Positions 39,844 through 54,073 of a stretch of 64,000 bases of DNA are shown here, piece by piece. Under the pieces are notes generated by a model, which worked only from the letters and a program-made list of their open reading frames with translations, had not been told where the DNA came from and made no database searches. Source of the DNA: Vicugna vicugna (taxonomy: Eukaryota); NCBI GenBank assembly GCA_013265495.1, contig MU058213.1, forward strand, positions 2,170,001-2,234,000. The letters run 5' to 3'. Within the stretch, counting starts at the first letter, position 1, and each line of letters starts with the position of its first letter. A program made the position numbers and the translations under genes.

Positions 39844-41684
39844 AAGAAGTTTTTAAAGAATTGGACATGTTATTTTGAATTCTTTATTGGGGGCATATAT
39901 TACTATCATATAGAATGTGCTCTATTTTTGCTGAAAAAGTTAAAAGATATCTTGCTATTAGGCCATTTGAAGTAATTTATAGATTTACTCTAAAAGCACC
40001 CTGTGATATGGGAAACGGATGAAATCGCAGCTCTGTTTAAGTGAGATACCAGTTTCAGTTTTAGTTATGAGTGCCACCCCCATTTTGCTTGCATGCTTCA
40101 AAGCATAAGTAATTGACTTTCACCCAAGAGTTAGATGCAAATGAAGTTCCATTGTATGAGGAGAAGTGCACTGGACCTATTACTCTAAAGGGCAAGGGAG
40201 GGAGGATACTAATTATGTAAGCATCTAAGTTTTAGTCTGTTGCCACACTATACAACAATCATTAAAATGTAAAATTCTCACTTTTACTGCAGAATAAGGA
40301 CACATCTAGAGTTATGTACAATCAGTGAGGTGCAAAGAACAACTCGGCAGTCATATCAATAGTTAAGTGTGAAAGTCTGTGGTGAGGATTAAGTGAATAC
40401 ACTTTTTAATGTGTATAGTACAATGAGGGGACATTTTAGTACCTACATAAAAATGTTCAATTTTTTGGGTGGATTTTTCGTTTCTAAAAATAGATGATGA
40501 CCTCAAGTGAACATTGAGGGCCTGAACAAAGGCAGTAAGTAGCTCCTGGAAGGGAAAGGAGGTGAGAGGAATGAGAGAAATTGTCAAATTTAGGACCATA
40601 ATATTTAGAACGAGTTAGATGCTTCAGGTAAATAAATAGAGGAATCAAGGGAACTTGGGGTTCTAGTCCAGTCTAAGGGAACGCTGGTTTTGCTGTTTAG
40701 TACTGTGAGAGAAATTTAGAGAAAATTGTAGTTTGTGATGGAGATGAATCTGAATATCTGGAATATGAAATTTAAATGCAAATATTGAATTTGAGATGTT
40801 CATGGTCATTCGGACCATACTGGTCAACACACAAATAGCAATTAATGCAAAGAAGAGAGGCTAGATGCAGACATACTGGGGAATAAAAGAAGTCTGAAAA
40901 GAGGAAGAGAGGTCGCTGAAGGACCTTGTAGGGCTTCTTTGTGAAGAACACTTACTTAAACTGGCATCTCACCATACCTTAGATAATAATGGCCCTAGAC
41001 CAAGGCTTAGAGAACATATAGAAACACGGCATCTGCTCCCTCTGTGGCCCTGTGGTCTTTCATTTCTACTTTTGACACCCAGTCTGTTTTCTTTTCTGAA
41101 ACTATGTTCTCACTGCTCAGTTTTCCCCAAAATCAAAGTTGATTGTTCAGGTCACAACTTTACATCACCTTCTTGTCGAAATGGCTGAAAAGCTTGGACA
41201 AAATCTCCGTGTTCCAACTCCCAGTGCCCAAGATGTAAAACCTAATTGGCCTCATTTCCATCATGTAACCACTCTAGTCAAAGTACCCTGTCCAGAGAGA
41301 GGCCACGTCATCATGGAGGTATATAGAATGATTTAAAGAAAGGCCGAATGGTTAGTGATTTCAGGTGCAGCAGGTAGATTAGGGAAGATTAAAGTTTTAC
41401 ACAAATATGTCCAATTAAAGAGAAACTTTAATAGAGTTTTTGGACTGGAACTAGATTGCAGGAGGTTGGAAATGACTGGACCCCCAGGGGCGTAGAGAGC
41501 AGGTCTCCTCGGTGCCTTGGAAGAGTTAGGTGAAAGTGCAGCAACCTGTGGAGGTGACGCCACTGAAGGAAAGCTGAAGGCTGTCTTGTTTGTTCTTTGT
41601 TTGCAATAGGGTAAGATATAAACATGCTTATTGCTTAGGTCGGTTAGACCCAGTAGAGAGAAAGAGAATTAAGATTCAAGCAAG

Positions 41685-41790
41685 AATAGAGGAGGGTAAT
41701 AGCTCAGTGGTAGAGCACATGATTAGCATGCACAAGATCCTGGGTTCAATCCCCAGTACCTCCATTAAATACAAAACAAACAAACAAAAA
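41685..41790 (+). mobile_element. tRNA-derived SINE (Vic-1-like, camelid)
   Basis: A box TAGCTCAGTGG, B box GGTTCAATCCC and A-rich tail. TSD AAGAT(T/G)CAAGCAAG at 41671-41684 and 41789-41802. Confidence 0.9.
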
Positions 41791-42329
41791 GATGCAAGCA
41801 AGGGAAGAGATAATTTCCAGAGCACTACTCTAGAGGTGGTGAGAGATGATTCTGTCAGTAGCACAGGAGGAGATATGACCCTTGAAAAGAAGAGATTCTT
41901 GTATCTGAGAGATGTACAGTGAACATACAGCACTGAAATAAACATCTCTCTGAATATTTATTGTAGTTGTTCCAATTGGATGTTGTTAAAACTCTGGATA
42001 ACTTCAATTGAACCTTAGTCAAGGACACATTTCTGTGTCAGCTAGTTTTCTAAGCAGGTATGAGAATTGAGGTCTGGCCTTTGTGATGAGACTCAATGTC
42101 AAAAGAACCTTTTATTCCAAAAACACGATGTCTTTCTGTTTAGACCTTTATGTCTTTGAATGCATTGCCCAACGACTCTTTCAGTACTGCATGCTCTGGA
42201 TAGCACTAACTGGGGCAACTAAAAAGTCCTAATTTTCATACAACAATCAGTTAAACCAGTTTCCACCATTCCAGCAAATTGCTTCTCATGTGCTACTGCC
42301 ATTATCAAACTACAGGCTATAATTTATGT

Positions 42330-43100
42330 TTATTTATTTACTTATTTTTAACTCAAATAAGATTAAAAAACCGTGAAATGTACAGATTTTAAGTTTATAA
42401 TGTGGAGAATTTAAAAAGCAACAATACACCTACTATCCCAATTAAGATACAGAGCATTTCTATTACCCACGGAAGTTTTCCTATGTCCCCTTCACATCAG
42501 CCCCCACCCTTCATAGGCAACAGCTTTTCAGATTTCTATTATTATAGATTAGCCTTGATTTGAACTTAATATAAATGGAATCATAGAATGTTCACTCTTT
42601 TGCATCTGGCTTCTTTTGCTCAACATGTTTTTAAGATTTGTGTGTAATAATGGTTCATTCTTTTTTATTGCTGATTTAGGACTCCATTATTTTTATATAC
42701 TGTAATTTGTGTATCCATTTCTCCTCCATATAGTTTTTTTAAACCTACCATCTGGCTATTATTAATATGGCTGTCAGAGAAATTCTTATACAAGTTTGTA
42801 TGAGAAAATGTCTTCATTTCTCTTGGGTAAATACTTGGGAACACAATTGCTGGGCCGTAGTGTAAGACTGGATTTAACTCTATGAGAAAATGCCAGACAG
42901 TTTCTAAAGTAATTATATTCTTTCACGTTGTCCTCTTTGGTGCATAAAATTGTCAGTTGCTTCACATCCTCTCCAGCATCAGTCTTTTAAAATTTTAGCC
43001 ATTTTTATTTGTATAAAATGGTACCTCCTTTTGGCTTTTAATTTACATTTCCTGATAATTAATGCTATAGAAAACATTTCCATGTGCCGCTTGGCCAGTT
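42330..43100 (-). mobile_element. Old L1 (L1MB/MC-like) 3' fragment
   Basis: gaacttaatataaatggaatcata...ttcatttctcttgggtaaatac...ttcacatcctctccagca, antisense L1. Confidence 0.8.
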
Positions 43101-44509
43101 AGAAATCAGTCTGAAATTGTCACCGACTACTAACCCATTGTGTTGCTTTTAAGGATGTGCTCTTGGTATTAGAGTGAATTTTGGGGCAAATCAAAAGCAA
43201 TAGAAATGAGCAAAATGACCTAGCAGCACCTAATCATCTGTGAAGAATACTTTGTGAATAGATTTTTATTGAAACACCAAAGGTACAGAGGTCTTTAGAT
43301 TTTATTAATTAGATATGTGAACATCTAATCAATTTACTGATTTCACAGCAATTTTCATAATTTCTTGATATATTTAGTGTAATTTTAACATAAAACACAT
43401 ATTTTTTGGCTGAAATATTTTACTGTATAGGCAACTCTTTTAGAAATACAGTATTATAAATTTGAAACTTACTTTTTCAGAATGTGTGATAATTACTTCG
43501 TCCAGGAGGATATTACATTTGTATTAATAATAGATTAAATCCTTTCCCCTAAGACCTTACTAACATTTAGGTCGACATCTGTTGATGGTTGAGCAGATTA
43601 GTGATAGTTCATAAGATATTGGTACATTTTTTCCATTGCTTTTTTTTTGCTATGAAAATTAATTAAACAGCTATTAAATATCAGGCACCCTGGCACATTC
43701 CATTAGGGAAAACAGATGCAAAAGTGAAAGAGTATATCACCTAGTGCTATTGCTGTAATACTTGTAAAGCAGGATAGTACAGGTGTGTGTGTACTTGAGA
43801 GAATGTATCCATGATGTCCAGATGCACCTGTGACAGGTGGATGGATGCATTAACACCTGCCTGGGCCATCAGGGGGGACTTCTGCAGGGAGGTATTGCTT
43901 GACCTGGACCTAGAATCCAACTTGCCAAGTAAGGAATTGAAGATGCTCTGGCTGTCTTCAAGAGTTTTGACTTAAATATCTTGTTGGAGTAAGGGAAGGA
44001 GTAATAAGGGAGAAAGTAGATATGAATGAAAACAATGCGTTCACCCTCATTATGACACAGTCTTACACATCCTGCACACAACCCCTAGGAAATAGAAAAT
44101 ATAGTTCCTGGTTTATATGTGAGGAATACAAAATTTCTGTGGTTGCAATCTCAGTTTCAGAAATGTTAAAATCTGAAAATATGTATATCTTAGAATCAAT
44201 AAAATACAATAAAATCATGGTTATACATTTCTCAGCAATTTCTTTAGAGTATATAACATTTTAAAAGAAACATTTGTAAACTACATATAATACTACACAT
44301 TTTTATCTTCCTCACAAGCTTTCAGAATTAGTGTTATTTTTACTACACCTTAAAAGTATATTGGGCAATTGACTTTAGTCTGAATGAACACAAAAAAGAG
44401 GTTAGTTTACAATGGGGCTTTCTTGGATGTTCTGTTGTCAGGAGGTGGTAAGTGTAGAGGTAAGGTCTGCCCAGATGGGAATCTTAATATGATTTATTAA
44501 AAACATAAA

Positions 44510-44730
44510 TAATATTAGCATTTTTGAGTACTTCTGCTGTTTCAGGCATTCCTCTAATTAACTCTTATTTAATCCTTACTGCAGCATGAGGGCGCTGGTA
44601 CTGTTATCATCTCATTTGTCAGATGAGGGAACTGAGGAACAGAGAGGTTAAACGTTGCTCACTGTGTCCAGCTAATGTGTGGCAGAGCCATTATTCTAAG
44701 TGGGCCATCTGGCTTGAGCCTCTGCCTGTG
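44510..44730 (-). mobile_element. MIR SINE
   Basis: catttgtcagatgaggggaactgaggaacagagaggttaa (MIR core). Confidence 0.75.
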
Positions 44731-44917
44731 CCCTCCCGTAGAGTAATGAATGGTGTCCGTAGCTGAACCGGGCCCCACATGGATACTGAGGTTACCTTAC
44801 TGGAACAGTGTGGTGTAGTATGGTTTGGGAACCACACTTATGTTGTTCACATTGTAGCTCTGTCCCTTGAGGAAATCTTGAATAGGTCACTTAGAGTCTC
44901 TAAATCTCAGTTTTATT

Positions 44918-45034
44918 GGTTTTTTTGGGGGAGGGGTGTAATTAAGTTTATTTATTAGATGGAGGTACCGGGGATTGAACGCAGGACCTCGTGCATGCTA
45001 AGCATACACTCTACCACTGAGCTATACCCTCTCC
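44918..45034 (-). mobile_element. tRNA-derived SINE (Vic-1-like) inserted in a MIR
   Basis: Reverse complement of ggagagggtatagctcagtggtagag...gcgttcaatccccggtacctcc. Degenerate TSD TCTCA(G/A)TTTT(A/C)TT. Confidence 0.88.
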
Positions 45035-48000
45035 TCTCAATTTTCTTATTTTAAAAATGATAGTAATATTTTACCTTGTGAGGATACTTTTTAAGGATTA
45101 ATCATTTAAAAATATTGAAGACAAATAATTTCTTCTTACTATGAAGCTATGAAAAAGGGCTTGGGCAGCTCAGGTAGGGGGGTGTAATTTGTTCTCATGG
45201 GGGTCTAGAACCTTGCGTTGGCACAGGACACTGGGCTGGTAGTGTGTCCAACCAATGCGTTGGGACCAAGATGTGGGAAACATTAGAACTAGCAGTGACT
45301 TTGTCTCCAGAATGGTGTTTTTCCTCAGTGGCCTTCCTTTACACAGCTTCAGTCTTTAGTAAGAATTACAACACTCATCAAAATTGCTCATAAGCTTTTC
45401 GCTCAGAAATCCCTTTTAATATTAAAATACTTTTTAGCTCTAGAAAATTACAGCTGTGGACTACAGAGAATCAAAGTAAAAGTCAAAACATTTCAGGACA
45501 GAGTTAGATTAGTAGAGCAGAGACTGTTGGGCACAGTGGGAAGATGCCAAGTGACTGGCTGTGCTTGCTTTAGAGAACAACACATGGAGAAAAACAGTGA
45601 GGCTGGGGCAGGAGACCTGCATTTTTGTTCCAGCTCCGCTGTGTGAACTCAAGCAAGTGTTCTGACCTTTCTGGGTTTTCATTTAATTTTATGCACAGTT
45701 GGAGGATTGGTGCTGTCTGAGCTGTACCCTCCAAGCTCTTGGACCCTATAGAGGGTCTTTTTGGGCTGGAGCTAGGTAGAAACAGCAGGTTACGTGGGAC
45801 TCCTGCCCTGCTGCTTTAATTCAACCAAAGGAGCTCTGCTTTTATCAGTCAAATTCATTGAGTTTCCACATCTGCTTTTATTGGGAGGATAAAAGGGGTG
45901 GCTGTGATTTCTGAGGATAAAAGCCAAATAAAAAACACACATAACCAGCAACTTGGCTCTGAAATGATAGCACTTAAAGTTGCTCACCTGTTATCCAGGG
46001 TACCTGTGCTCTGCTCCCTGTACATGTAAGTGGGCAGAAGTTGCAAAGACTAAAAAAGAAATAGTTTATATGCTCCAGAGGTGAGCTGTCTAGCTAGGAA
46101 TAGAGCCAGGCCATGGCCAAGATAGTAAGTGGGCAGAGCTGGTTCTAGAGTTCCCAGGCTCTCATGTCTGGCCTGTCCTACTACTTGTCCGTTTTGGTGG
46201 AGGACTGGCCCCCATCCTCATGCTTTTTTGTGTTCTCTCCTCCTACTCTCCCTCCTACTCTCAAGGAATGTTCTCGTAAACCATTGATACCAAGATACAA
46301 AGAGATTAATACGCCTTAAAGCAAAGGAGAGCCCCTTGGTGAGATCTGCATTTCAACAAGGACCAAGTCTTAAATAAAAGGAGTAAAGCTCTAATCAGAG
46401 CTTCTTCTTGAGGCAGGAGTTCTTTTTCAGGCATATTCCATAGGTGACCACTGTCTTCTCAAAGGTTGGTCCTTATGGGCATAGCAATACAGCATGATGT
46501 TTATGAGAAAGGATTCTGAGGCCAGTCAGTTTGGGTTGCATTTCTAGCTGCGTAGCCTTCCAGCTGTGTGTCTTTGGGACAGCTTCTCAGTTTATTCATC
46601 TGTAAAATGTGAATCAGTAATAATACCTACTGCAGATATTATAAACAAACATTAAGGTAGTAATCTACACAGAGGACTCAAGACAGGGTATGGCAGATAA
46701 TATAAGCATTAAACAAATGGAAAAACCTGTACAAGAGCTATTTGGTAAATAGTTAAAGACTGTCATGGATTAGACTCTCAGGACTCTGTGAAAAAGAGAA
46801 GATGACTGTAGTTAAAGAAACTATTGTGGAAAAGATTAGTCTTGATATGTCCTTGAAATGATTGAGGCCAGATTAGCTGGAGGACAGTCTAGGCAGGGGG
46901 AAGAGCAAGAATAAAAGAAACAATGAAGAAATAAGCTTAGTGCATCCATGGAACCACGTAGAGGCCAAGAGTAGAGAGTAAGCAATAATCTGCCGTAGGA
47001 GACTAGAGGAAAATTATATTCAAGGAAGATGAGATGGAAATCAGCTTGGAGTGGTAGAGGATATTGTTTTCGGAGGCCAGTAAGACTGCAATATTGGAAG
47101 TTAGAGTCAATGTTGCATTATTATAGTGAATGACCCAAGTTTTGGAGTCAGGGAACTACTTTAGCATCTGTGAGACTCACCATGCCTAACCATAAACTGT
47201 AGATAATATCCTCACAAGATTGCCAAGAAGATCATGAGTTGATACACACAGAAGAACTTTGTAGATTTCAAAGTGCTTATAGAATTATTAGAACTAGATG
47301 TCCTTGTGTGCTTCTAAACCGAAGTAGCAGCAATGGAGATGAGTAAAAAAATGTAAATGGGCTGTAGCTGGATGAAGAAATTCATAAAATATCCCATTAG
47401 GTAGAGTGAAGCAGACGTGGATCATTTGGCCTTCATTCTTGGGGAAATGGGTCTTTCTGTTTATTTTAAAAAATAATTCATTAGCTCAGGATAAACTCCT
47501 TAGTCATTTTTTGGTTTACTCATTTTTGTTGAAAAAATTTTCGTATGTATTGGTTTATTGTTCGTACCTTAACATAAGGAGGATGAATAAGTTCATAAGG
47601 ACATCATTTCATACGTGTTACTGTGTTTCAGCAGTTTTCATTGTCATAGTCATCCCTTCAACCATCACGTTTACATTATATATGATCCTTTTACTCCTGA
47701 TCTTTTTTTCTCATCACAGACTTTTCCCTACTACTTTGCCGCCCCCTCTCATTGGCCTTGTGGCTCCTCACTACCTATTGGTGTGACTAGCTTTCCCTTT
47801 TATCTCCAGCTACCCTGGTTTTTCACTTTGTTGTGCTCTAAGGATTCTGCTTGTAAAGTTATGTGGTCAGCAAGCGGGCCAGTGCTGCCTCCCATGGGGA
47901 CTTCTCACTCCGAGGAGCTGCCCCTGCATGTGGGTAGGTTTGCTCCATCTATGCAGTAACAGCTCTACCTTCCCAGCTGATGGGATGTTTCTTCCAGTCA

Positions 48001-48739
48001 GCTGCTTTCCAAATCACCCAGGATTTCCTGTTGAATGGAAATTTGGTGAACCATGTGCGTATACTTCTCTTGGATTTATTTTTGGAAGAATTTCTTTTAA
48101 ACCAGAAATCAGGTAGTTCAGGGTATTTACTGCTGAGGTGCTGTGGTGATGAGAAGCCCAGACTTTCTTGCTGTCTCCTGGTGGGGGATTCATTATCATC
48201 AGAACACAGTTAATGGGTGCTTACCACAAAGTCAATGCAAATGCAGTTAAGAGTGAGATTACCCTACTGGGCTGGTGCAGAGATTAAGCAGAGAGTGGTA
48301 ACTAGAAGGTCAGAAATTCAGGTGACAAGCGTGAGGTTCCTAGACCAAAGGTGGGAATTCAGGAGATCTGAGTCAGGGACTGTGAGAGAAACAACACACT
48401 GAAGTAGAGAGGGCAGGACCTGGGGGCGGTGACCGTGGAGGGCTGTATCAGATCATGTCTCTTTGTCTTCTGTTAACTTCTAGATACCCAGTTCACCTAC
48501 TTCACTGTATTTGATAACAAACTTAAAATTGTTTATTGATCTGAAAATACTTGAACTTAATTCTGGTAATGATTTAGCAATAAATTGCCAACTGTTCATA
48601 GGTCCAATTAGCTCTTTTATCCCACCAGGGCACCTAGCTTTATAATCATCTTAAATAGCTATCTTATAAAATGTATTTGTTATGCAAAAAATACTTTATT
48701 CCCCATTGAATGCTAACGTTAGGTTTGGAGTTTATACAC

Positions 48740-48960
48740 TTGTAGTCCAAATCTGGAGCCTGGAGTCAAGGCTGTGTGGCTTGTTAATTTCCTGATCTAA
48801 GGCAAGTTTCCTGAAAACTCTAAGCCTCAGCTTCCTTCTCTGGAAAATAATAATATATATTTCACGCAATTATTATGGGAATGAAGTGAAATGAGGTAAA
48901 TTTTAGAAAATTACATATACAGTGCTTGGCACATAGTAAGTCATAATGAAATATTATTAC
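48740..48960 (+). mobile_element. MIR SINE
   Basis: ggcaagtt...ctctaagcctcagcttccttctctggaaaat...cagtgcttggcacatagtaag. Confidence 0.75.
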
Positions 48961-50494
48961 TAAGGTGTCTCATAACATAGTCTAGTATTTTAATCTCTCT
49001 CAAAAGATCTCATTCCTAAAACCTTAACTCTTCCCCCTACACGTCATTACTGAACATAATGAATGGCTGTGTAATTAGAAGTAATACAACTGGACAGTAA
49101 TTACAAGATTTTTGAATTCAAGTAGTTTAGAATCATATGATGCAGTGCTGGTCTTCCCTCCTCTCCTCAACCCCCTCCCCTCCCTCATACTTCTTACTGA
49201 TACTGGTTTTGTCTTGATCTGGGTCACTTCCATTTTTTTAAAAAAGAACTTTTGAGAATAGAGTGCATAAGTGGCTTTGTATGTGGTGGGTGTTAGGACA
49301 CGTGTCAGGTACCACTGGTAACGCTCACCCTACATGCAACTGATAGCTTCAGAGACTCCAGGACTGAGGCGCGAGGTATCTTTCTGCCTTAGTTATCTTT
49401 CGTAAAGCTTTAGGTGAAGCCGTTGGAATGGGGGATAACATGGTGCCATTGACTAGCTGTGTAATTTTGGCCATATCTCTTCATCCCTTTGAACCTCGTT
49501 TCCTCATCTGTAAAATGAACATAATGATGTCTTCTTCAGAGAGTTTCTGTGACAGTAAATTGGGATAGTTTGGATTTCCGGAACATAACAAATGCTCATT
49601 AAATGTTAGCTTCCTTCCCTATCCTGGTTACTGTCTGAAGGAAGTTCCACAGCTGACATTTGAGATTCATTAACCCTCCTAAGGCAGCTGTGGCTTTGTA
49701 ATGGGATTGTAACAGAGAGATGTAAGAGAGAGACAGACAGAGAGAGAAGGAACCCAGTGGTGACTGGGAAGGTGAGATTTGAATGTTGGAGTATCGCCAC
49801 CGGACTATATAAGTGTAAGCCGTTCTCCATTTCCCTTCCAATTGCTTCTTCAAAATATTTTTGTTTTTCATTTCATCCTCTAACCTAGCCAGATTCCTAG
49901 GTTGCCCCCTACTTCTGTCTCCCTTAATTTTCACAACAGACACTGCACAATAATTCCTGTGTGATCACTCCTTGGGTCTTTTCAATACCCTTCTTTGTTC
50001 TAATGATAACTAATACGTACTGGGCTTTGCAGTGTTTTCGATACTGTTCTAAGAACTTTCCATGTGTTAACTCATTACAACTATTCTATGAGGAGTTACT
50101 TTTTCTCCCCCAGTTTAGAAACTGTACATGTGAAGGCAGCATAGAAGTACCTTCCTTAAGCTACACGTCTCAGGAGTGGAATTCCAGTGTCAGTAATCTG
50201 AATCAAGAAGACAGGTTGAAAACCAGTAACCATTAGTGCCTCCTCATCAAATGAAGCACCCAGACCTACAATTCAAAACTTTCCATGTTCTGTTTCCTTT
50301 TTGCCCATCCAGACCAACCTCTCTTTAGTTCCCATCTCTCTCCAAGGTGGGTGTGTCTCCATCTTTGAACACGAGGTGAACATTTGTGATGCTTGCCTTT
50401 CTGCTTATACTGAGTTTTCTTTCTCTGGATCATTTAAGGCCCAGTTCAGCTAGTGCAGGCTTCTTGGAATCTTTATCTTTTAATTCATGGGCTT

Positions 50495-51285
50495 ACTGTT
50501 TATTCCACTCATTCATTTATGTACGTATCCATTCGTCCAACAAACATTATGAGGCTGTTATATATCAAGCAATATGGATATTTAAAATTAAATAGAACAC
50601 AGCCTCTGCCCTTCACATCACAGTCAGATTTGAGAGATAGACACATAAATAAGATATTTCACACAAATGATTATTGTATTACTGTATTTTAAGAGTTCCC
50701 ATAACAAAGGTGCCTTCAAGGCATTGTGAGCACACAGAGGAGGAAATATTGGACTCCAAAGAGATCAAACAAGATGAGGCTGATCCCTGCTGAATATGAT
50801 ATATATAGATATTCTAGAGATATTCATGAGAGAGACACGTGGTGGTAGAGGGACAGGGAAAGGCATGGAGGCAGGAGGAACAGCATGCACAAAGGCACAT
50901 TGGTGAGGCAACAATATGGTAATCAGAGACTGTTACCTCTTTAATGTATCTTGATCAGATGTGCCCGTGGGAGTGACAGTTGCTGAGATAGGCAGTGTTT
51001 TAAGTAGAAGGACTTATTAGGAAGACTGTGTAGGACACAATTGTCAGAGTCCAGATGAGAAATTGTGGAGTTCAGAATTAAGGCATCACTAGTGGGATGA
51101 GGTGACATGCAGCATGGGGTGGATCATACAGAATCTAGAGTGATTTCTGGGTACATGGCTTGGATGAGTCAATAGTTATGATGATATTAATTGAGATTGC
51201 TAATACAGGCAAATGACTAAGTTTTGGATGGAGTTTAATTTTGGACAACCAGATGAAGATATTTAGTGAGCAGCTGAAATGTGGG
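50495..51285. mobile_element. L2 LINE fragment
   Basis: cattcatt...caacaaacattatgag followed by purine-rich L2-like text (ggaacagcatgcacaaaggca). Confidence 0.6.
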
Positions 51286-51289
51286 TTAA

Positions 51290-51555
51290 TTTTAAATTTT
51301 TGTGAGTTTGGAGATAGGTTTGCTTCAGTGAAACCATCACAACAATCTACGCTATAAAAATATCCATTATCACCCCAAATTTCCTCTTGCCTTTTCTTCT
51401 TTATATTTATTATTCTTTTGTGAGATGAACGCTTACATAAGGTTTACTCTCTTTGGAAAATTTTAAATTTACAATACAGCATTATTAGCTATAGACACTG
51501 CTGTATGGTGAGATCTCTAGGGCTTATTCATCTTGCATAACTGAAACTTTGTAAC
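51290..51555 (-). mobile_element. L1MA-like 3' end fragment
   Basis: gtgaaaccatcacaacaatc...agatctctagggcttattcatcttgcataactgaaactttgta. Confidence 0.8.
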
Positions 51556-53816
51556 TTTCAGGCCCTTTCTTCAATAACTGTTTATTGAATGTTTATTATG
51601 TATCCTGAGTTCAAGGTGTTTAAAATTGGACAAGTCATAGACTTACCCTTATAGGGGACATAGTCCAGTGGATGGAGACAGAAATGAGATTATAATACAG
51701 AAGAATTCTACATGCTTACGCACTGGGTTGTGGGAAAAGGTGGCAAATAGAGAGAAAAGCTTAATGTGGGTGGTTGGTGAAGTCTTCACAGGACAAATGA
51801 TTTTGGAGTTGAAACACAATTTTTATAGACAAGGAGGGCTGGATCTGAATGATATTCTAGGTAGAGAAGACAGAAAAGTTACTGAGGTGTGAAAGAGCAC
51901 AGAGCCGTTAGTGAATAACAAGTGATTCTGTGTGGTTGGAATACAGAGCAGGTGAGTTCATATGTGCAACTAGGAATACACACCCTGGGGTTCGCGCTTT
52001 TGAGGCAAGACTTCAGTTCAAATTGAATTTTCCTCTTCAGAATTTTCCCAGCCCTTTTTGTCTAGAACAGTAGTTCTGAGCTAGTAATGCAGGTCAAGAA
52101 GTCTAGACATGATTACATGAAAACATTAAAGGCATGGACAAAATTGCTGCTTTCATTTAAACAAAAAGCCAGGCATTTGTTTCCAGGTTTGGGAGACTCA
52201 GACTCTTAGATCAGTGATTAGTAGAAGAGTTTTTTTTTTTTTACCAAAGTTGATTTTTAAATAATTTATCTACCCCTACTGCTACTTAACTTTCCAAAAT
52301 CATTTGGAAAGAAAGGTCGCACAGGAGTACAACAAATATTTTTTGACTTTAATTCAGAAGTTAATTTCTTGACATTTTTATTAGTAGAGAACAGGTCCTG
52401 GCATGTAGTTTTGAATAAATACCAAACTGTTTCAGACAAGAGGAGTTAGACGTTGACAGCTTATGAAACCCAGAAGACAGAGGTTTAGAGTCTATTTCTC
52501 TCCTCCATCTTTTTGCTTCCCTTTCTTATTTGCAGTGCCCCGTCTCCTGTGAAGCTTGGCTCTTGGCCAGAGCATGTGTTCCCCAAGTCCCTGCAGAACC
52601 CTAGTGAAGCGAAATTGGCAGATTTCTAAGCAGAGGGAGCTGATGAAGAGCCCTTAGGCTCCTAAAACAGTGGGCAGTTTATGATGCATTCTTTAAAGAA
52701 TTAAGTAGATTATTTATCTACCCAAGTACATGGTTCAATATCCACAAAGGCTTTTGGCTGTTACTATTATTCTGTGATATATTTCAGTGATAAAATAGTA
52801 AGTTCAGTTTAACAGAATTTGATATGAATACCTACCACGTACAAGGCACGGTGCTGGTGAACCAGCAAAATGAATATAAACTTTCTTCTTCTTCATGTAA
52901 TTCAAGAAACTAGCTATCTCAAGGATGACTGAGTTGTGTGGTCATTGGCATTATCCTTAGGCACACTTTATCTGTGGTACCATTTCTTTCTGTGATCTGG
53001 TGCCTTATCTTCAGTCATGGTCCTAACTCTAGGGATAGGTTTCTTGCCATCTGCCATCAGGCTGTACTGGTTGATTAGGGTGGCACTGTGTTCCCAAGCC
53101 ACATCCTCACAGAACTGAGATGTATTATCCTCATTTACCAATATATTTCCCTCTTGTGTTTTTATTGTCATTCTAATGCCTAATTGGATATAGCCTTCTA
53201 TTTTTTCTTCAATTCTTGATACTCCACTGACAAATTTGTTGGCTATACAAGATGTATTTCATCTTGGTATCTACTTTAAAATATGAAATATTTTCTTACT
53301 TGAATTACTCTAATAATTACATAAGTACTAAAAGACTATTTGAATAAGAAAAGGTCCTATGTACCTGGATAATATGAATTTGATGAATTTTAAATGTCTG
53401 GGGTTGGGAATATATTTAAATGAATATATTTATATTGAAATGCTTATGTTTGTGTAAGTAAATGCAATTTCAGGAAAAGACATAAAGTGGAAATGATAAC
53501 ATCATGCAGATAATATAGGTTTTTTAAATTTTCCTGTCATCTTATACAGCCTTTTCTAAATAATCATTATTCCCATTATTACCATCATGTGTCCACTCAT
53601 AAGTGATTTAGGGGAAAATATAATTTATATGTAGTTATTGGTACTGATCTGCTTTAACTAGTTGTTTTAAAAGTAACGTGTGTGTTGAAATTCAGATATT
53701 TCCCTGTCCCCTCTGCAATTTTTTACACAGTGTCTTGAATACTTTTGAAAAACTTTGGAAATGGGGTAAAACTAGAATTTCATTCTGATATGCATTGTAA
53801 CATTCCTTTCTTTTAG

Positions 53817-54073
53817 ATGCTACATGAAGTTATGTGGAAATGAGAGCGTTTCATGAAACCCCTCCTCTGAAAGAGAATGTCTTTCATACGTGGAGCTTTG
53901 CTTCCAGTTTTCATAGGACACTGACCTTGTGGCCGAGCCACAGCGGCCCTTCCTGCTATTTTCAGTGATGCACAGAACATCTGAACAGTGATGCTTGCCT
54001 CAGATTTACAGATTTTCATCCTGATCCCTTGTTTACTTCTTTGGGGCAGAAAAGCTGGCACTCGTTGCTCTCC
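53817..54073 (+). other. UNC13C: 5'UTR portion of UNC13C exon 2 (splice acceptor at 53816/53817)
   Basis: Branch-like TGTAAC, pyrimidine tract and AG (cattcctttcttttAG|atgc), 257 nt upstream of the start ATG. A second candidate acceptor is ccttcctgctattttcAG at 53965. Confidence 0.75.

Noticed and set aside
41690..41765. tRNA gene-like sequences (also at ~44960-45034 and ~61015-61090)
   Set aside because: A-rich tails, TSDs at two of the copies and degenerate stems indicate SINEs, not tRNA genes.
54029..54073. 15-aa N-terminal extension in the ORF track
   Set aside because: It starts at TTG. The recognised UNC13C start is the ATG at 54074.
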